A stretch of 64,000 bases of DNA from Raillietiella orientalis (taxonomy: Eukaryota), in assembly GCA_036172245.1 (NCBI GenBank), contig JAYWIR010000001.1, positions 9,486,001 to 9,550,000 on the forward strand, given 5' to 3'. Made by a program: the position numbers and the translations under genes. Below are positions 61,195 to 64,000 of this stretch, piece by piece; position 1 is the first letter of the stretch, and each line of letters begins with the position of its first letter. Below the pieces are notes generated by a model that saw only the letters and a list, made by a program, of their open reading frames with translations, had not been told where the DNA came from and searched no databases.

Positions 61195-64000
61195 GTGAGA
61201 AGCGGGCCGGGAAAGGGGCCGAACGGCGGGCAGGCCATTTTTCTTCCCCGGGGCGGCATCGCGGAGACTTTGTTCTTCCAGGGGGCGTGAGCCCCGTCCG
61301 CCCCATCGTCCGCTCGGCGGGCTAAGACTGAGCGTTCCCGACCCGGTTCTTCTCAGGGTGAGCCTGACGCAGCGACCGGAGGCGTGGAGGATCGCTCTTG
61401 TGTCCGCGGCGGGTCTTCTCCACCCTTCCGTTCGATTCCCCCACTTCCAGCTCCTCCCCTTCCGCTCCCTCCTCATAATCTCTCCTCTGACCTCACGAGA
61501 CGCCGGACCGCCGCCTGACAAAGTCCCCCCGGTCCCGGGAGGCTGCGGATCTCCTTTTCTTCCTGCCTCGAAGTTCCTCCGTCCGTCGCTCACAGCCCTC
61601 TCGCACGTCTCGCTCGCGGGTTCACTCGTGTGCCTGCGGACGCTCCGCACAGGTGGCTCTGTACAGCCAGTCCGGTCGGGGTCCGAGAGTCCCGGGAAGC
61701 TCTGCCCTTGCTTGCGCGCTTTGGAAAAAGTGTGTTTGGGGGGGAATTGACCACCGCGGGGAAGCCCGCCAGCCGCCCAGGAGGTGCCGGCTGCGAAACC
61801 ACCGAGGGAGTCAATGACACCGATGCTGTGCGTGGGAACGCCTGGCCACCCTCCTCCGTCACCGTCGGCTTCTCCCGGTGCTTTCTGAATCCCGGCGCGA
61901 GGTCGTGGTGTCACGTTGGTGCAGTCGACCCCGAGGAAGCGGCTCCGTTGAGCGCTACCCGTTCCTCCCACGTTCTCCTGAGACAACTGGAGGGATCCCG
62001 TTGATCCCGTCTGACCCCGATTGCCGTGAGGTCTGCACCCACGGCATGCCGGCTAGTCTCACGCCTGAACCCGACCCAGACGTCACCTGCGACCTCGGAT
62101 CACCTCGATGACGTAAACAAACAAACAAAAAATGGGGGAAAGAAAGAAAGAGAAAAGACCCGCGAGAGAGGCGTCTGAGGCTCAAACAACGATGGAGATG
62201 AGAAGCAGGGATTACTGGTCGGCAGATCGAGATGCTGACAGGAGTACCGGTTTTCTTCTTCATCTTGAAGGAGCGGTCCAGCATGTCGGCACCTCCTCTT
62301 ACAGAAGAGCTCATTCTTTGCTTAGCCCAAGTGTCGAGAAGAAGAGCAAGTGTGACTACCACTTGGATGTCACGGCTTGAGGCTGAAAACTTTCCCGTTC
62401 CTCTTTTCGGCTGCGGGAGAGGAACAAGGACCAAGAATTGGGATGCCCTTCACGCGTGACTGTGACCTCGGGTCAGCCTTCGCCTGCAGTCTCGAGGCAT
62501 AGGATTTCACAGACTCCGTTCTCGCGTTGATCGGTCCGGGAAGCTGGAAACAACCGCCAGGGGGTGTACGCGCGCGCTCTGGATGCCTGTGCAGCACGGC
62601 AGCACCACGCGCGCGCTCCGCGCCCTCGAGGAGGACACAGAATCCAACGCGACGCACTGGCAGTTCACGTGTCCCGCACGTCGGAACCACACTTCATCCG
62701 CCTCAAAGCAGGGTGGATCTACGACCTGGAGGACCGATCGGTGCAGGATCGAGTGGGAGACTTGCGCCGGAGGGAAATGTGACCAGGGGGATGTGACCAC
62801 GGAACTTTCCGATGGCAAAATTTCCCGAGGCAAGGGAGGAAGCGAGAGCTGCCTGGTGTGGTTCCCTGTCTCAGTGCGACATGCTCTCCGTAGAGAGGGA
62901 AGAAGGTGGCAACGTCACGGACGATGCGCATCTGTTTGCTGGCACGCGTGTGGTTGCTAGGGATAAGAAAATGAAAAACAAATTGCGACGCGACGAACGA
63001 TCCGGACGGTTTCTCACTTTCGAAAATGATTCCGGTCATTGTCTGTAAACGAGCGAGCGAAAAAAAAATAAAAAACGGGATCACATGAAAGAGTTACGGG
63101 AGGCCGTCCTCGTTGCCATGGCACCGGAGAAACACCTCTCCGGACCCGTATGGAGCAGGGTGGATGATTCTCCGCGAGTTTCCTCTTCCTCCCGTTACCG
63201 CGATGCCAACAGCAAATCCATCCATCATGCCTTCTGAAACAATAAAGCCACGGGAGAACCGCCATTCGTTGCTAATGAAGGGATATTGGGCTGTAAAAGC
63301 GCCCAGACAGATCGGCAGTCATCCACGCTGGAGAGATGAGAGAAAACTCGTGTTTTTGGATAGCCCCGGACACGGTCGTTAAGGAGAGACCGTGCACGCG
63401 GGAGATCTTCCGCTTCAGCCCATCGATCTGACCAGACGCGGTTCCGTGTTTACTCGGACGACCTTGACAAAAACAAAGAACAAAACAAAACAACACAAAG
63501 AAGAAAAAAATCCGGGATGCAATTCTATTGGATGCCTCCAGAAGGGAGACCCGGCATTCGCAGGCATTCGCAAGCTTCCGGAAGGACAGGTCGCTTGTGC
63601 TGCTGATGCTGCCGCTTTACGACATCCTCCGCCCCCGCTCGCCCTGAGCCCGTTCGCTCGTTTCCTACCCACGAAAGCGCGTCCTCGCCCTCGCTCGGGG
63701 AGATTTTCCAGGTGTTCCGTGCGGCTGCGCCGACGACCGGGGCTCGCGATGGGAGAAGACGGGTGCGGGAGGAGGGAGGCGGTCCACTTGCCCTTCTGTC
63801 GAGGAGGGTCGTCCCTCTTCCCGGGAATGACTCGTACGGCTCCAGTGGGCTGCCGGAGCTTGGATCTCCGTTCGGGAGCTGCAAGTAAGGGGGAGGGAGA
63901 TCGGCGGTTCGCAACGACCACCCTTTGGTCAGAGGACAAAGGGCGCTGCGAACGGATCTGCCGGCCAGGTGCGTCCTCAGGGGAGCTGGGGACGGCGGAA

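Noticed and set aside
49600-62450. Faint LINE-like motifs (GTGRLQGHPLF ~50295, EKPCK..FRRYF ~58375-58665, WVRPITL ~59260, ICRPVIPAS ~62205-62230)
   Set aside because: Single, very degenerate motifs; likely TE debris but too weak to delimit without a search.

Overview
Eukaryotic, most likely arthropod, genomic window. It holds three intron-containing protein-coding genes, which I assembled by hand from splice sites and remembered protein motifs: (1) CEP290, a ciliary transition-zone coiled-coil protein, minus strand, ~39 exons, ~28.6 kb down to ~11.9 kb; (2) an arthropod Tmc / TMC1-3-type transmembrane channel, minus strand, ~47.2 kb (possibly 55.9 kb) down to 35.3 kb, with a ~430-aa Ser/Thr-rich loop; (3) the first two coding exons of an ABCC4/MRP4-like ABC transporter, plus strand, 60.7-61.2 kb, head-to-head with Tmc. 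The first 11.5 kb is a nest of decayed L1/Tx1-type non-LTR retrotransposons plus a probable Penelope-like remnant. Introns and intergenic DNA hold further LINE, Gypsy and hAT remnants and a tRNA-derived SINE. Main oddities: an AT-rich, CpG-depleted domain over the 5' two-thirds of CEP290 inside otherwise GC-rich DNA; very short introns (39-49 nt); GC-AG introns and frequent AAG/GAG acceptors; a conserved, apparently covarying stem-loop layout at the LINE 3' ends; and a templated insertion. I found no clear wholly new multi-gene system. Most ORFs in the supplied track are GC-content artefacts. All homology calls come from recalled motifs, not database searches.
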